Shown: positions 8,005-16,842, counted from the stretch's first letter. The stretch: DNA of 32,000 nt from an uncultured bacterium (GCA_964565945.1 CAZMGY010000011.1:30001-62000); one strand, 5' to 3'. Made by a program: numbers and translations. The notes: generated by a model from the letters alone, not told the origin.

Positions 8005-9276
8005 ATGGAAACTATGGATAAAACTGTTAAAATTGTTTTAGATAATAAAGAACTTGACCTTCCTGTAATTGTGGGAACTGAAAATGAGTATGGCATAGAC
8101 ATTTCCAAATTGCGTTCCGAAACAGGCTACATCACATTTGACCCAGGTTATGCGAATACGGGTGCTACTGAAAGTGCTGTGACTTTTTTAGATGGTGAAC
8201 AAGGTGTTTTGCGTTACCGCGGTTATCCGATTGAACAGTTGGCTGAAAAAGCTAGCTTTTTGGAAGTGGCTTGGCTTTTAGTTTATGGCGAAATGCCAAA
8301 TGCATCTGAGTTACAAGAATTTGAAAGCCAAGTTTTTCAAAACAGTGTTGTGTCGGAAGATGTGTTTAAAATTTTTGGTGGTTTTGTCAAGGAAGCTCAT
8401 CCGATGGCGATGTTATCTTCTGGTGTGATGGCCTTGTCGGGTTATCATCAAGAGTTGATCCAAACCGAACTTGATGATGCGACGAAACAAAGTTTATTAG
8501 CTCATGTGATTGGAAAGGTGGCGACCCTAGCGGCGGCCATCTTTCGTGTTAAGCAAGGATTAGAGCCTATAGTATCTCGTAATAACTTGGGCTATGAAGA
8601 CAATTTTTGGCACATGATGTTTGGCCAAGATGGTCCCGCCAATGAAACTGTGATTCAGGCTTTGCGTGTTCTTTTGATTTTGCATGCAGATCACGAGCAA
8701 AACTGTAGCACTTCTACAGTGCGTTTGATAGGGAGTTCGTTGGCCAATTTGTTTGCTTCTCTTTCTGGTGGTATTGTGGCTTTGTGGGGACCACTTCATG
8801 GGGGTGCTAACCAAAAGATGATCGAAATGCTCCAAATGATTGAGCAAGATGGTGGCGATTATCAAAAGTATATCGACAAGGCCAAGGACAAAAATGATCC
8901 TTTCCGTTTGATGGGTTTCGGCCATCGTGTCTATCGCCAGATTGACCCTCGAGCTGGTGTGATTAAAGCTAAATGTGATGCTTTGCTGGATGCCTTGGGT
9001 GTTGAAGATCCTTTATTGTGCATTGCCAAAGAACTCGAGTGCGTGGCTCTCGAAGATGAGTATTTCATCGAGCGTAAGCTTTGCCCTAATATTGATTTCT
9101 ATAGCGGCATTATGTACCGTGCCATGGGCATTCCAGTCGATATGTTTACTGTACTTTTTGCCCTGGGGCGCGCCCCAGGTTGGGTGGCTCATTGGAAAGA
9201 AATGGTGGAAAGTCCCACTTTTCGCATTGGTCGTCCGCGTCAAATCTATACTGGGCAACCCAAACGCAATTTGTAG
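8005..9276 (+). CDS. gltA: citrate synthase
   Basis: 423 aa from the ATG at 8005. Motifs LHADHEQNCSTSTVR, GPLHGGAN and GFGHRVYRQIDPRA. The TTG at 7939 in the ORF track would place the start inside the predicted promoter. Confidence 0.92.
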   Translation: METMDKTVKIVLDNKELDLPVIVGTENEYGIDISKLRSETGYITFDPGYANTGATESAVTFLDGEQGVLRYRGYPIEQLAEKASFLEVAWLLVYGEMPNASELQEFESQVFQNSVVSEDVFKIFGGFVKEAHPMAMLSSGVMALSGYHQELIQTELDDATKQSLLAHVIGKVATLAAAIFRVKQGLEPIVSRNNLGYEDNFWHMMFGQDGPANETVIQALRVLLILHADHEQNCSTSTVRLIGSSLANLFASLSGGIVALWGPLHGGANQKMIEMLQMIEQDGGDYQKYIDKAKDKNDPFRLMGFGHRVYRQIDPRAGVIKAKCDALLDALGVEDPLLCIAKELECVALEDEYFIERKLCPNIDFYSGIMYRAMGIPVDMFTVLFALGRAPGWVAHWKEMVESPTFRIGRPRQIYTGQPKRNL

Positions 9277-9628
9277 TTAACGCATCCTCTTTTGAATGGT
9301 ATATCAAAAAATTTTTTTTGGGGAGGGGGGGTGCAGTATTTATGAGGCAGTTGTAGATATTTTTTGAAGTCACATCATTTTTGTGTATAAAACGAAAATA
9401 TTGCAAAATAGATTAAAACCTATGACTAATTCCTTATCATCGATGATGATGTACTTTTTAAAACCATACCGCGTTCGGCTTGCTTTTTTGGTTTCTCAGC
9501 TGGAAAAGACATATTTTCTTATCCAAAAATACTCCTAACCTATGATAAAATAGACCTTTCTTTAAAAATTGTTTCAAGGGCGACGTCCTATGAGTGTATC
9601 GGTGACGGAACAGGGTGAAGGAGCCAAA

Positions 9629-11173
9629 ATGAGTATTCAGCGTACCAAAATTCAAAATGTATTGATCAGTGTATCCGATAAAGTCGCTATTTTAGAGTTT
9701 GCTCAAAAACTTTCGGCTTTTGGCGTACGTATTTTATCGACGGGGGGGACGGCTCAACTTCTATCCGATAATGGCGTGGAGATTACGAATGTTTCGGATT
9801 ACACTGGTTATCCCGAAATGCTCGACGGACGCGTTAAAACTTTGCACCCCAAAATTCATGGGGGTCTTTTAGGTTTGCGTGATAATCAAGCCCATCTCGA
9901 CAAAATGAAGGAGCACGACATTGAAGCAATCGATATGGTGGTGGTCAATTTGTACCCTTTTGAAGCTACGATTGCAAAAGAAGGTGTATCTTTGGATGAG
10001 GCGATTGAAAACATTGATATTGGTGGACCGACAATGTTGCGTTCTGCGGCTAAAAATAACTCTTTTGTGACTGTGGTGTGTGATCCTGTCGATTATGATG
10101 CCGTGATTAAAGAAATGCAAAACAACGAAGGGATGATGGGGGAAGACAGCAATTATGATTTAGCAGTCAAGGTGTTTAAGCACACGGCCCGCTATGATAT
10201 GGCGATCGCTCAATACTTGTCGAATGAAAATTTTATTGGTTACACCTTTGATAAAATACAAGATTTGCGCTACGGAGAAAACCCCCATCAAAAGGCAGCC
10301 TTTTACAAGGATCCTAAGGTGAGTGAAATTGCGATTGAAAATGCCAAGCAGTTGCAAGGCAAGAAGTTGTCTTTCAATAACATTTGGGATTGCAATGCCT
10401 CTTTAGAACTCGTTAAAGAGTTTAGCGATACCACCGCTGTGATTGTGAAGCATACGAATCCTTGTGGTGTGGCTCAAGCTTCTACTTTGCTGGAGGCATA
10501 CACCGAAGCTCGTTCGGTTGATCCAGTGTCGGCCTTTGGAGGGATTATTGCTTTTAATCGACCTGTCGATGCTGCGACGGCCAAAGAAATTACTTCGACT
10601 TTTGTGGAAGCAGTGATTGCACCTTCTTTTGAGGCGGACGCGATGGCAGTTTTGGCTGAGAAATCGAATCTTCGCTTGCTGGCTGTGGGCAACTTTGATG
10701 GACAGCGTGATCGCAAACAAAAAGATATCAAAAAAGTGGTTGGGGGGTTGTTAATTCAAGAGCGTGACTTGGAAATGGTGAGTCGCGATGATTTGAAGGT
10801 CGTGACCGAAACACACCCAACCGAAGAGCAACTGGAGGCTTTGTTATTCAATTGGAAAGTTTGCAAACATGTGAAAAGCAATGCGATTGTCTATGGCACG
10901 AAGGGCAAAGTTTTAGGTGTGGGAGCAGGGCAAATGAGTCGAGTTGATTCGGCCCAAATTGGCGCAAGCAAAGCCAATGTTGATTTAGAGGGATGTGTTC
11001 TAGCCTCTGACGCCTTTTTTCCTTTTCGCGATGCTGTTGACGCTGTGGCCCAAGTGGGTGTAAAGGCGATTATTCAGCCTGGAGGTTCGATGCGCGATGA
11101 AGAGGTGATTGCGGCTTGCAATGAACATGGCATTGCTATGGTGTTCACCAGTATGAGACATTTTAAACATTAA
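9629..11173 (+). CDS. purH: bifunctional AICAR transformylase / IMP cyclohydrolase
   Basis: 514 aa from the ATG at 9629, with RBS GGTGAAGGAG upstream. Motifs [28 protein letters not shown] and IQPGGSMRD. Confidence 0.93.
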   Translation: MSIQRTKIQNVLISVSDKVAILEFAQKLSAFGVRILSTGGTAQLLSDNGVEITNVSDYTGYPEMLDGRVKTLHPKIHGGLLGLRDNQAHLDKMKEHDIEAIDMVVVNLYPFEATIAKEGVSLDEAIENIDIGGPTMLRSAAKNNSFVTVVCDPVDYDAVIKEMQNNEGMMGEDSNYDLAVKVFKHTARYDMAIAQYLSNENFIGYTFDKIQDLRYGENPHQKAAFYKDPKVSEIAIENAKQLQGKKLSFNNIWDCNASLELVKEFSDTTAVIVKHTNPCGVAQASTLLEAYTEARSVDPVSAFGGIIAFNRPVDAATAKEITSTFVEAVIAPSFEADAMAVLAEKSNLRLLAVGNFDGQRDRKQKDIKKVVGGLLIQERDLEMVSRDDLKVVTETHPTEEQLEALLFNWKVCKHVKSNAIVYGTKGKVLGVGAGQMSRVDSAQIGASKANVDLEGCVLASDAFFPFRDAVDAVAQVGVKAIIQPGGSMRDEEVIAACNEHGIAMVFTSMRHFKH

Positions 11174-11205
11174 GAAAAATTTTAAAAAAATAAAGGGAAG
11201 GGTTT

Positions 11206-12471
11206 ATGAAAGTTTTGGTGGTTGGTTCTGGCGGTCGTGAACACACATTAGCATGGATGTTGAGGCAAAGTGAGCAAGTGACCGAGCTTTATTGCGCCCC
11301 AGGTAATGCTGGGATGGCCGAAATTTCTGCTTGTGTGGATATTGCGGCCAATGATATTCCGGCGTTAACGGAATGGGCTTTGATTCACCAGATTGACTTA
11401 ACGGTTGTCGGGCCAGAAGATCCCTTGGTGGCTGGTTTGGTCGATGTGTTTGAGAGTAAAGGTTTGCGTGTGTTTGGACCGCATAAAGATGCAGCTAAGC
11501 TCGAAGGTAGCAAGGCCTATATGAAAGACTTTCTTAAAAAATATTTTATTCCCACAGCTGCCTACGAAACCTTTGAAAGCAAAGAAGAGGCTTGGGTTTA
11601 TGTGCAACAGCAAGGAGCGCCGATTGTGGTCAAAACCGATGGTTTAGCCGCAGGTAAAGGAGCCTTTGTATGCATGACCATGGATGAAGCTGAGCAGGCT
11701 TTGAGCACGATTTTTGATGACAAAGCTTTCGGATCGTCGGGAGATCGCGTGGTGGTCGAAGAGTTTATGGAAGGTGAGGAAGTTTCGATTTTGGCTTTTT
11801 GCGATGGCGATCATGCCCTTATTATGGATGCCTCGCAAGACCATAAACGTATTTTTGATAACAATGAGGGGCCTAATACTGGAGGTATGGGGGCCTATTG
11901 TCCAGCACTGGTGGTGACCGACGAGTTGTATGCGCAAATTCGTGACAAAATTATTATTCCGACCTTGGATGGAATGAAACACGAAGGAGCTCCTTACAAA
12001 GGAATTTTGTATGCAGGTCTTATGATCACCTCTGAAGGACCTAAGGTTGTGGAATATAATGTGCGCTTGGGGGATCCAGAAACTCAGGTGGTGTTGCCAC
12101 GGCTCAAAAGCGACCTGGTCAACGTGATGCAAGCTTGCATTGATGGCCATGTTTTGGACTATCGCTTGGAGTGGGATGAGCGAGTAGCGGTTTGTGTGGT
12201 GCTTGTTTCGGAAGGTTACCCTGGATCTTATCCTAAAGGTAAAGTCATTCATATTGACGCGTCTCTTAAAGATAATCCAGATGTCTTGATCTTTCATGCG
12301 GGGACAGCTAGCAAAGATTGTGTTTGCAGTACATCGGGTGGACGTGTTTTGGGTGTAACGGCGTATGGTGCTAACATTAAAGAGGCCATTGATACCGTTT
12401 ATCAAGCGATTCCTAAGATTCAATTTGAGGGAATGCACTATCGAAAGGATATAGGGTATCGTGCGGTCTAG
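11206..12471 (+). CDS. purD: phosphoribosylamine-glycine ligase
   Basis: 421 aa. Motifs MKVLVVGSGGREH, VVKTDGLAAGKG and VEYNVRLGDPE. RBS AAGGGAAGGG lies upstream. Confidence 0.93.
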   Translation: MKVLVVGSGGREHTLAWMLRQSEQVTELYCAPGNAGMAEISACVDIAANDIPALTEWALIHQIDLTVVGPEDPLVAGLVDVFESKGLRVFGPHKDAAKLEGSKAYMKDFLKKYFIPTAAYETFESKEEAWVYVQQQGAPIVVKTDGLAAGKGAFVCMTMDEAEQALSTIFDDKAFGSSGDRVVVEEFMEGEEVSILAFCDGDHALIMDASQDHKRIFDNNEGPNTGGMGAYCPALVVTDELYAQIRDKIIIPTLDGMKHEGAPYKGILYAGLMITSEGPKVVEYNVRLGDPETQVVLPRLKSDLVNVMQACIDGHVLDYRLEWDERVAVCVVLVSEGYPGSYPKGKVIHIDASLKDNPDVLIFHAGTASKDCVCSTSGGRVLGVTAYGANIKEAIDTVYQAIPKIQFEGMHYRKDIGYRAV

Positions 12472-12534
12472 TTGGCACTCTAGATAATTTAAGGGGCTGT
12501 ACATAAATTATGTGACACGCTATAAATGTTTTTA

Positions 12535-12700
12535 TTACTCAAAACTTTTAAAAGCGTGTACATTTCGCTCCATTCTAGTTATCTCATCTGGAGTTAAATT
12601 CCCTAGAGATTGGTGTGGTCGAACCTCATTATATTTTATAATCCACTTCTGTGTAATAGCTCTCACTTCCTCCAAACTTTGAAAAATTTTGGCGTTATAG
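12535..12700 (-). mobile_element. C-terminal remnant (~54 codons plus stop) of an IS3-family transposase (integrase-core tail)
   Basis: The minus-strand translation KIFQSLEEVRAITQKWIIKYNEVRPHQSLGNLTPDEITRMERNVHAFKSFE* matches the conserved ..F.SLEEA......W...YN..RPH.SLG..TP.E tail of rve-domain transposases. No start codon or catalytic core lies upstream. Confidence 0.7.
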
Positions 12701-12852
12701 GGTGCGAAGGGAGGAATAGGGCAACGACTACTCTGGATTGGTAAAAGGTATCCGTATCCCCTTGCTAGGAACGGTTGGCGTCGTCCCTGGAGCCTTCGTT
12801 TTTTGAGGCCTTAAAGTCGGACAACTTTCGTGTATAATAAAGCTTTGTGTAT

Positions 12853-12926
12853 GCGCCTGTAGCTCAGCTGGATAGAGCGTCGGCCTCCGGAGCCGAAGGT
12901 CACAGGTTCGAATCCTGTTAGGCGTA
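12853..12926 (+). tRNA. tRNA-Arg (anticodon CCG)
   Basis: Hand-folded cloverleaf. Acceptor GCGCCTG / TAGGCGT (with two G-U pairs), U8, D arm GCTC-AGCTGGATA-GAGC, anticodon arm TCGGC-CTCCGGA-GCCGA, T arm ACAGG-TTCGAAT-CCTGT, discriminator A. No encoded CCA. Confidence 0.9.
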
Positions 12927-12997
12927 TAAAATAAGGTAAAGTCCTGGGAATATCAAATCCTGTCAGGTAAGAAAACAAAGTGCGGTTGGCAAGGCAA

Positions 12998-13147
12998 ATG
13001 ATTATGGCACAAGTTGCACTCTTAACAGGCAGCGATGGCGATCTTTCGCTGATTGATTGTGCGATTGAAATGCTTAAAACATTTGAGGTGTTAGCACAAA
13101 AATTGGTGGATTATAAGACTGAGATGGTGGCCGAAGTGAAAGCTTAA
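12998..13147 (+). pseudogene. 49-codon mini-ORF resembling the fused N- and C-termini of PurE (probable internally deleted purE relic)
   Basis: MIMAQVALLTGSDGDLSLIDCAIEMLKTFEV resembles the PurE N-terminus (..VAIIMGS.SD......A.EIL..F.V). LAQKLVDYKTEMVAEV resembles the PurE C-terminal helix (E. coli LHQRLNDWRKAQTDEV). The ~110 central codons, including the SAHR motif, are absent. Confidence 0.4.
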
Positions 13148-13193
13148 AATCAGCCACTCTTTAGAGTTTAGATGTTTGTTTGAGGAGGGAATC

Positions 13194-13796
13194 ATGAAGG
13201 TCGAAATTCACAAAGATATGGCGACAGGGGATTTATTAGAGTTGTCGGAGCAAGTGGCGAAGGTGATTCGTGAGGGAGGCTTGGCTGTTGTTCCAACCGA
13301 AACTGTCTACGGCATTGCCACTGATATTCGTTGCCCCCAAATATGTCAGATGATTTACCAAATCAAAAATCGTGACCCCAAAAAGCCTTTTTCTTGGCAT
13401 ATTGGGGAGTTGGAGCAAATTAATTTTCCAATTGATAAAGCTATTTTTCAGCAATTGGCGCAAAAATTTTGGCCAGGGCCTTTAACCATGGTGGTTCCTC
13501 ATCCGACAGACGGTACGGTCGGTTTGCGCTATCCAGATCATGAGGTGTTTCATGCCATTTCCTATGCTGTAGGAGCTCCTATGTTGGCGACAAGTGCTAA
13601 TATTTCGAGTGAGGCAAGCCCAGCTCGTATCGAGGATATTTCTGAGCAGGTGTTGAAGCATGTCGATGTGGTTGTCGATGCTGGTCCCTGCGATGTAGGG
13701 CAAGACTCGACAGTGATTGATGTATGTGGTGCGAATATTCAAATGCTACGAGAAGGCTCTCTTAGTTTTAAAGATTTGATACAAGCCCTAGCTTAA
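13194..13796 (+). CDS. tsaC: L-threonylcarbamoyladenylate synthase (Sua5/YwlC/YrdC family)
   Basis: 200 aa from the ATG at 13194, with RBS GAGGAGGGA upstream. Motifs VVPTETVYGIA, FWPGPLT, LATSANISS and DSTVID. Confidence 0.85.
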   Translation: MKVEIHKDMATGDLLELSEQVAKVIREGGLAVVPTETVYGIATDIRCPQICQMIYQIKNRDPKKPFSWHIGELEQINFPIDKAIFQQLAQKFWPGPLTMVVPHPTDGTVGLRYPDHEVFHAISYAVGAPMLATSANISSEASPARIEDISEQVLKHVDVVVDAGPCDVGQDSTVIDVCGANIQMLREGSLSFKDLIQALA

Positions 13797-13992
13797 CAAA
13801 TAGAAAGGACATTTGTGATGATGCAGTGAATGATGATTAGTTTGGTTATGGTGTTGTGTGCGTGCAACAGTGGTTGTCGGAGGCAGAGCTTGAATTGACG
13901 AGAGTCAAACAAGTGACGGAGCTGAAGTTGCAAGGTCCGTTGCTGATTGAAACCGAAGGATATTTGCTAAGTTGGTGGAAGGAAGAGAGTGC

Positions 13993-14436
13993 ATGAAGAT
14001 TGCGATTGCCACAGACCATCGGGGTTACGCTCTTAAAGAGCGACTGGTTACTTTTTTAGAAAGACTGGGTCACGAAGTTTTCAACAAAGGGCCCTTCTCG
14101 GAAGAATCGATTGATTATCCTCCTATGGCTCATGCCGTGGCGTTGACTGTGGCCGAGGGAGAAGTGGATCGAGGTATTTTATTATGTGGTACGGGGATTG
14201 GGGTTTCGATAGCTGCCAACAAAGTTCCTGGTGTGAGAGCATCTTTGTGTCACGATGAGTTTACAACCGAATTTTCGCGTCGCCATAACAATGCGAATGT
14301 TTTTTGTTTTGGCTCCGATGTTGTGAGTGAAGAAAACGTTCGAGAGCTTTTGAAGCTTTGGTTAACAACCGATTTTGAAGATGAGTTAGGAAGTCGCCAT
14401 GTGCGGCGAGTGAATCAAATGGAACCGAAAGGATAA
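13993..14436 (+). CDS. rpiB: ribose-5-phosphate isomerase B
   Basis: 147 aa from the ATG at 13993. Motifs [28 protein letters not shown] and RRHNNANV. Confidence 0.9.
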   Translation: MKIAIATDHRGYALKERLVTFLERLGHEVFNKGPFSEESIDYPPMAHAVALTVAEGEVDRGILLCGTGIGVSIAANKVPGVRASLCHDEFTTEFSRRHNNANVFCFGSDVVSEENVRELLKLWLTTDFEDELGSRHVRRVNQMEPKG

Positions 14437-14443
14437 GTCATTA

Positions 14444-15700
14444 ATGGTGGACAATGAAGTGATAAAAATTTTGCAAGACGTGGATGTGGATGTTTATAAC
14501 GCGATTGCGAAAGAATACGAGCGTGAAGAAACAACCTTGGAGTTAATTGCCTCTGAAAACTTTACCAGTAAGGCGGTTATGGAAGCTCAAGGATCTGTGA
14601 TGACCAACAAGTATGCCGAGGGATATCCGCACAAGCGCTACTATGGTGGGTGTGACTATGTGGATGTGGTCGAAGATTTGGCCTGTGATCGAGCAAAGCA
14701 ATTGTTTGGTGCTGAGCATGTTAATGTGCAACCTCATTCGGGCTCACAAGCCAATATGGCGGTATTTTTGTCGGTGTTGCAAACGGGTGATACGATCATG
14801 GGGATGGATTTATCGCATGGAGGTCACTTGACTCATGGAAGCAAAGTGAATTTTTCTGGAAAACTGTTCCAGGTTGTGTCCTATGGTGTGACCAAAGACG
14901 AAGGTCGTATTGATTATGATCAAGTGGAGGCTTTGGCTTTGGAGCATAAGCCTAAAATGATTGTGGCAGGTGCCAGTGCTTATGCGCGTGAAATTGATTT
15001 TGCGCGTTTCCGTGCGATTGCCGATAAGATAGATGCGTACTTACTTGTGGATATGGCTCATATTGCTGGCTTAGTGGTAGCGGGCCTTCATCTTTCGCCA
15101 GTGCCGCATGCGCATTTTGTTACCACCACCACACACAAAACTTTGCGTGGTCCACGTGGAGGCATGATTCTCTGTGGAAAAGAGCATTCGAAAGTCGTAG
15201 ATAAGTTAATCTTTCCAGGCATTCAGGGGGGTCCGTTGATGCATGTAATTGCAGCGAAAGCTGTAGCCTTTAAAGAAGCCTTGAGCGAAGAATTTAAACT
15301 ATATCAACAACAAGTGGTAAAGAATGCTCAAGCAATGGCCGCGCGGTTGGTGGAGCATGGTTTTGACTTGGTTTCTGGAGGGACCGATAATCATTTGATG
15401 TTGGTCGATTTGCGTAACAAAGGAATCACTGGTAAAATGGCAGAAAAGCTGTTGGGTAAAAGGGGTATCACGGTTAATAAAAATACTGTTCCGTTTGAGA
15501 CGGAAAGTCCTTTTGTGACGAGTGGTATTCGAATTGGAGTTCCCGCTGTGACAACTCGAGATATGAAAGAAGCCGAAATGCAAACCATTGCCGATTTTAT
15601 AGCTCGTGTTGTGATTACCAGAGATGATACTTCGGAAGCACAAGCTGTATACGCAGAGGTGAAGCAATTGTGTGAGCGTTTCCCTCTTTATGGTGCATAA
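14444..15700 (+). CDS. glyA: serine hydroxymethyltransferase
   Basis: 418 aa. Motifs [16 protein letters not shown] and [14 protein letters not shown] (PLP lysine). Confidence 0.95.
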   Translation: MVDNEVIKILQDVDVDVYNAIAKEYEREETTLELIASENFTSKAVMEAQGSVMTNKYAEGYPHKRYYGGCDYVDVVEDLACDRAKQLFGAEHVNVQPHSGSQANMAVFLSVLQTGDTIMGMDLSHGGHLTHGSKVNFSGKLFQVVSYGVTKDEGRIDYDQVEALALEHKPKMIVAGASAYAREIDFARFRAIADKIDAYLLVDMAHIAGLVVAGLHLSPVPHAHFVTTTTHKTLRGPRGGMILCGKEHSKVVDKLIFPGIQGGPLMHVIAAKAVAFKEALSEEFKLYQQQVVKNAQAMAARLVEHGFDLVSGGTDNHLMLVDLRNKGITGKMAEKLLGKRGITVNKNTVPFETESPFVTSGIRIGVPAVTTRDMKEAEMQTIADFIARVVITRDDTSEAQAVYAEVKQLCERFPLYGA

Positions 15701-15715
15701 AAGAGGCGCTTTAAG

Positions 15716-16474
15716 ATGGGGGAGTCAGGATCAATGATGTGTGCGGGAATCAGAAGACTGGGGGGGGTGGCTTTTATCGGTTTGACGACGATAGGCTATG
15801 CCAAATCCATTGAAAATTGGGATCTGTATAAGGATCATTGGGAACGTCTGGATTACCGTTATACCCGAACGCATGATATTGATCGGATGCCGAAAGAACG
15901 CTCCAAGCCTGTGGCCAAAAATTTCACACATTACGAAGGGGCTCAATACGAGGCTCGTCTTAAGCAAGAGGAATATGCGCGCAAGTACGATACCTTTGGA
16001 CCTGATAATAGAAGCACGGCTGTTCCACCAAATTATCGGTGGGCGCAAAAGCAGAAAAAAGATCCTTTTCGCTATGATCAGTACGATGGTGATCAACGAT
16101 TGATGCGCCCTCCTTCTAATGTTTACATCGAAAAAAAAATAGCGGTGCGCAAGCCTGAGAAAAATATATTTAACCGATTGTTTGGCGCTAAGGATCGACC
16201 CGAAGCGGCTGAAGTATCTCCGATTATTCAGAATAGTCGCAGCAAGTGGTGGACTCCTAAAGGGATGTGGCAACGTACTCAGTTTTGGACGGCCAATCAG
16301 CGTAAGCTGGCCGAGATTAAACTGAGTGAAGAGGCTGAAGTGGTGGCGCGGCCGAGAGAGTTGGCAGGGCCAGAACCTAAGAAGCCAACCGAAGCTTGGA
16401 TGAATCTTTTCGATAATCCAAAAGTGCGGGAAAAATTTGAAAAAAGTGAACGTCGAAAACCTGTGTGGAAATAG
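15716..16474 (+). CDS. hypothetical secreted protein, basic and low complexity (R/K/P/W/Y/E-rich); no family recognised
   Basis: 252 aa. RBS AAGAGG lies upstream (alternative ATGs at 15734 and 15737). The N-terminus CAGIRRLGGVAFIGLTTIGYA-KS looks like a signal peptide. The gene is co-oriented with and 15 nt downstream of glyA. It contains a G8 run (15760-15767) and an A9 run (16131-16139). Confidence 0.6.
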   Translation: MGESGSMMCAGIRRLGGVAFIGLTTIGYAKSIENWDLYKDHWERLDYRYTRTHDIDRMPKERSKPVAKNFTHYEGAQYEARLKQEEYARKYDTFGPDNRSTAVPPNYRWAQKQKKDPFRYDQYDGDQRLMRPPSNVYIEKKIAVRKPEKNIFNRLFGAKDRPEAAEVSPIIQNSRSKWWTPKGMWQRTQFWTANQRKLAEIKLSEEAEVVARPRELAGPEPKKPTEAWMNLFDNPKVREKFEKSERRKPVWK

Positions 16475-16488
16475 GAGATAAAAGAATT

Positions 16489-16842
16489 ATGTTGAAACAA
16501 CTCGTAATGGCAAGTGTTCTGGTGGTGGGGTTAGGCACTGCTCCAGTGTATGGGCAAGAAGCAATTGATGTAGGCCAAGGAGTTGCACCTCAGGTGAATG
16601 TGGCGGAAACGCTTAAAAAAAACTACCGTGGCCTTGAAGAACAACACATGGTTGTGATGGTTATGGCACGCCAGTATAATAAAGAGCTGGTTGAATTGCG
16701 TCGGATGGAAGCTGTTTTTTGTGATTTTTACGGCTTAGATGTGACGAAGTGGCACGACAACGGTTACGTTTGGGATGAAGGAAAACAATCTTTTATTGAG
16801 CGTCCTGCTGAAGCTTCTAAAAAAGCCGAGGCTAAGGATTAA
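16489..16842 (+). CDS. hypothetical small secreted protein
   Basis: 117 aa from the ATG at 16489, with RBS GGAGA upstream. It has the signal peptide MLKQLVMASVLVVGLGTAPVYG-QEA. No family recognised. Confidence 0.6.
   Translation: MLKQLVMASVLVVGLGTAPVYGQEAIDVGQGVAPQVNVAETLKKNYRGLEEQHMVVMVMARQYNKELVELRRMEAVFCDFYGLDVTKWHDNGYVWDEGKQSFIERPAEASKKAEAKD

Noticed and set aside
9320-9331. G-quadruplex potential of GGGGAGGGGGGG
   Set aside because: Only three G3 runs can be parsed from the tract and no fourth run is nearby, so a canonical intramolecular G4 is not supported.
9277-9628. Possible ZTP (pfl) or purine riboswitch upstream of purH
   Set aside because: I looked for the conserved ZTP cores (GGGUCGUGACUGGCG ... 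CCGCCUGGGC) and for purine-riboswitch junction motifs and found nothing resembling them. A covariance-model scan (Rfam/Infernal) would be the definitive test.
11644-12504. Long antisense ORFs opposite well-supported genes: 286 aa opposite purD, 251 aa at 5132-5887 opposite hsdR, 180 aa at 15731-16273 opposite the secreted-protein gene, and 149 aa at 245-694 opposite sucC
   Set aside because: Their translations are low complexity (I/F/R/N-rich) with no recognisable motifs. They fully overlap genes with strong family signatures or operon context. These are typical shadow ORFs.
12843-12848. TATAAT hexamer just upstream of tRNA-Arg as its promoter -10 element
   Set aside because: It ends only 4 nt before tRNA position +1, so the expected transcription start would fall inside the mature tRNA. 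The -35 region (TTAAAG) is also weak. The real promoter is probably further upstream.
12701-12852. Possible structured ncRNA between the IS relic and tRNA-Arg (imperfect long-range pairing GGGCAACGAC...GTCGTCCC, tandem GTATCC GTATCC)
   Set aside because: The pairing is short and bulged, and no family is recognisable. The region may simply be further-decayed transposase sequence, since the in-frame upstream translation is degenerate.
13856-13996. Short ORF (up to 46 codons, [47 protein letters not shown]) whose TGA overlaps the rpiB ATG, plus a 22-codon lipoprotein-like ORF at 13832-13900
   Set aside because: Both have only weak alternative start codons, no clear RBS and no recognisable family. 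They could be a remnant of a gene once located between tsaC and rpiB, but the sequence alone does not support calling them.
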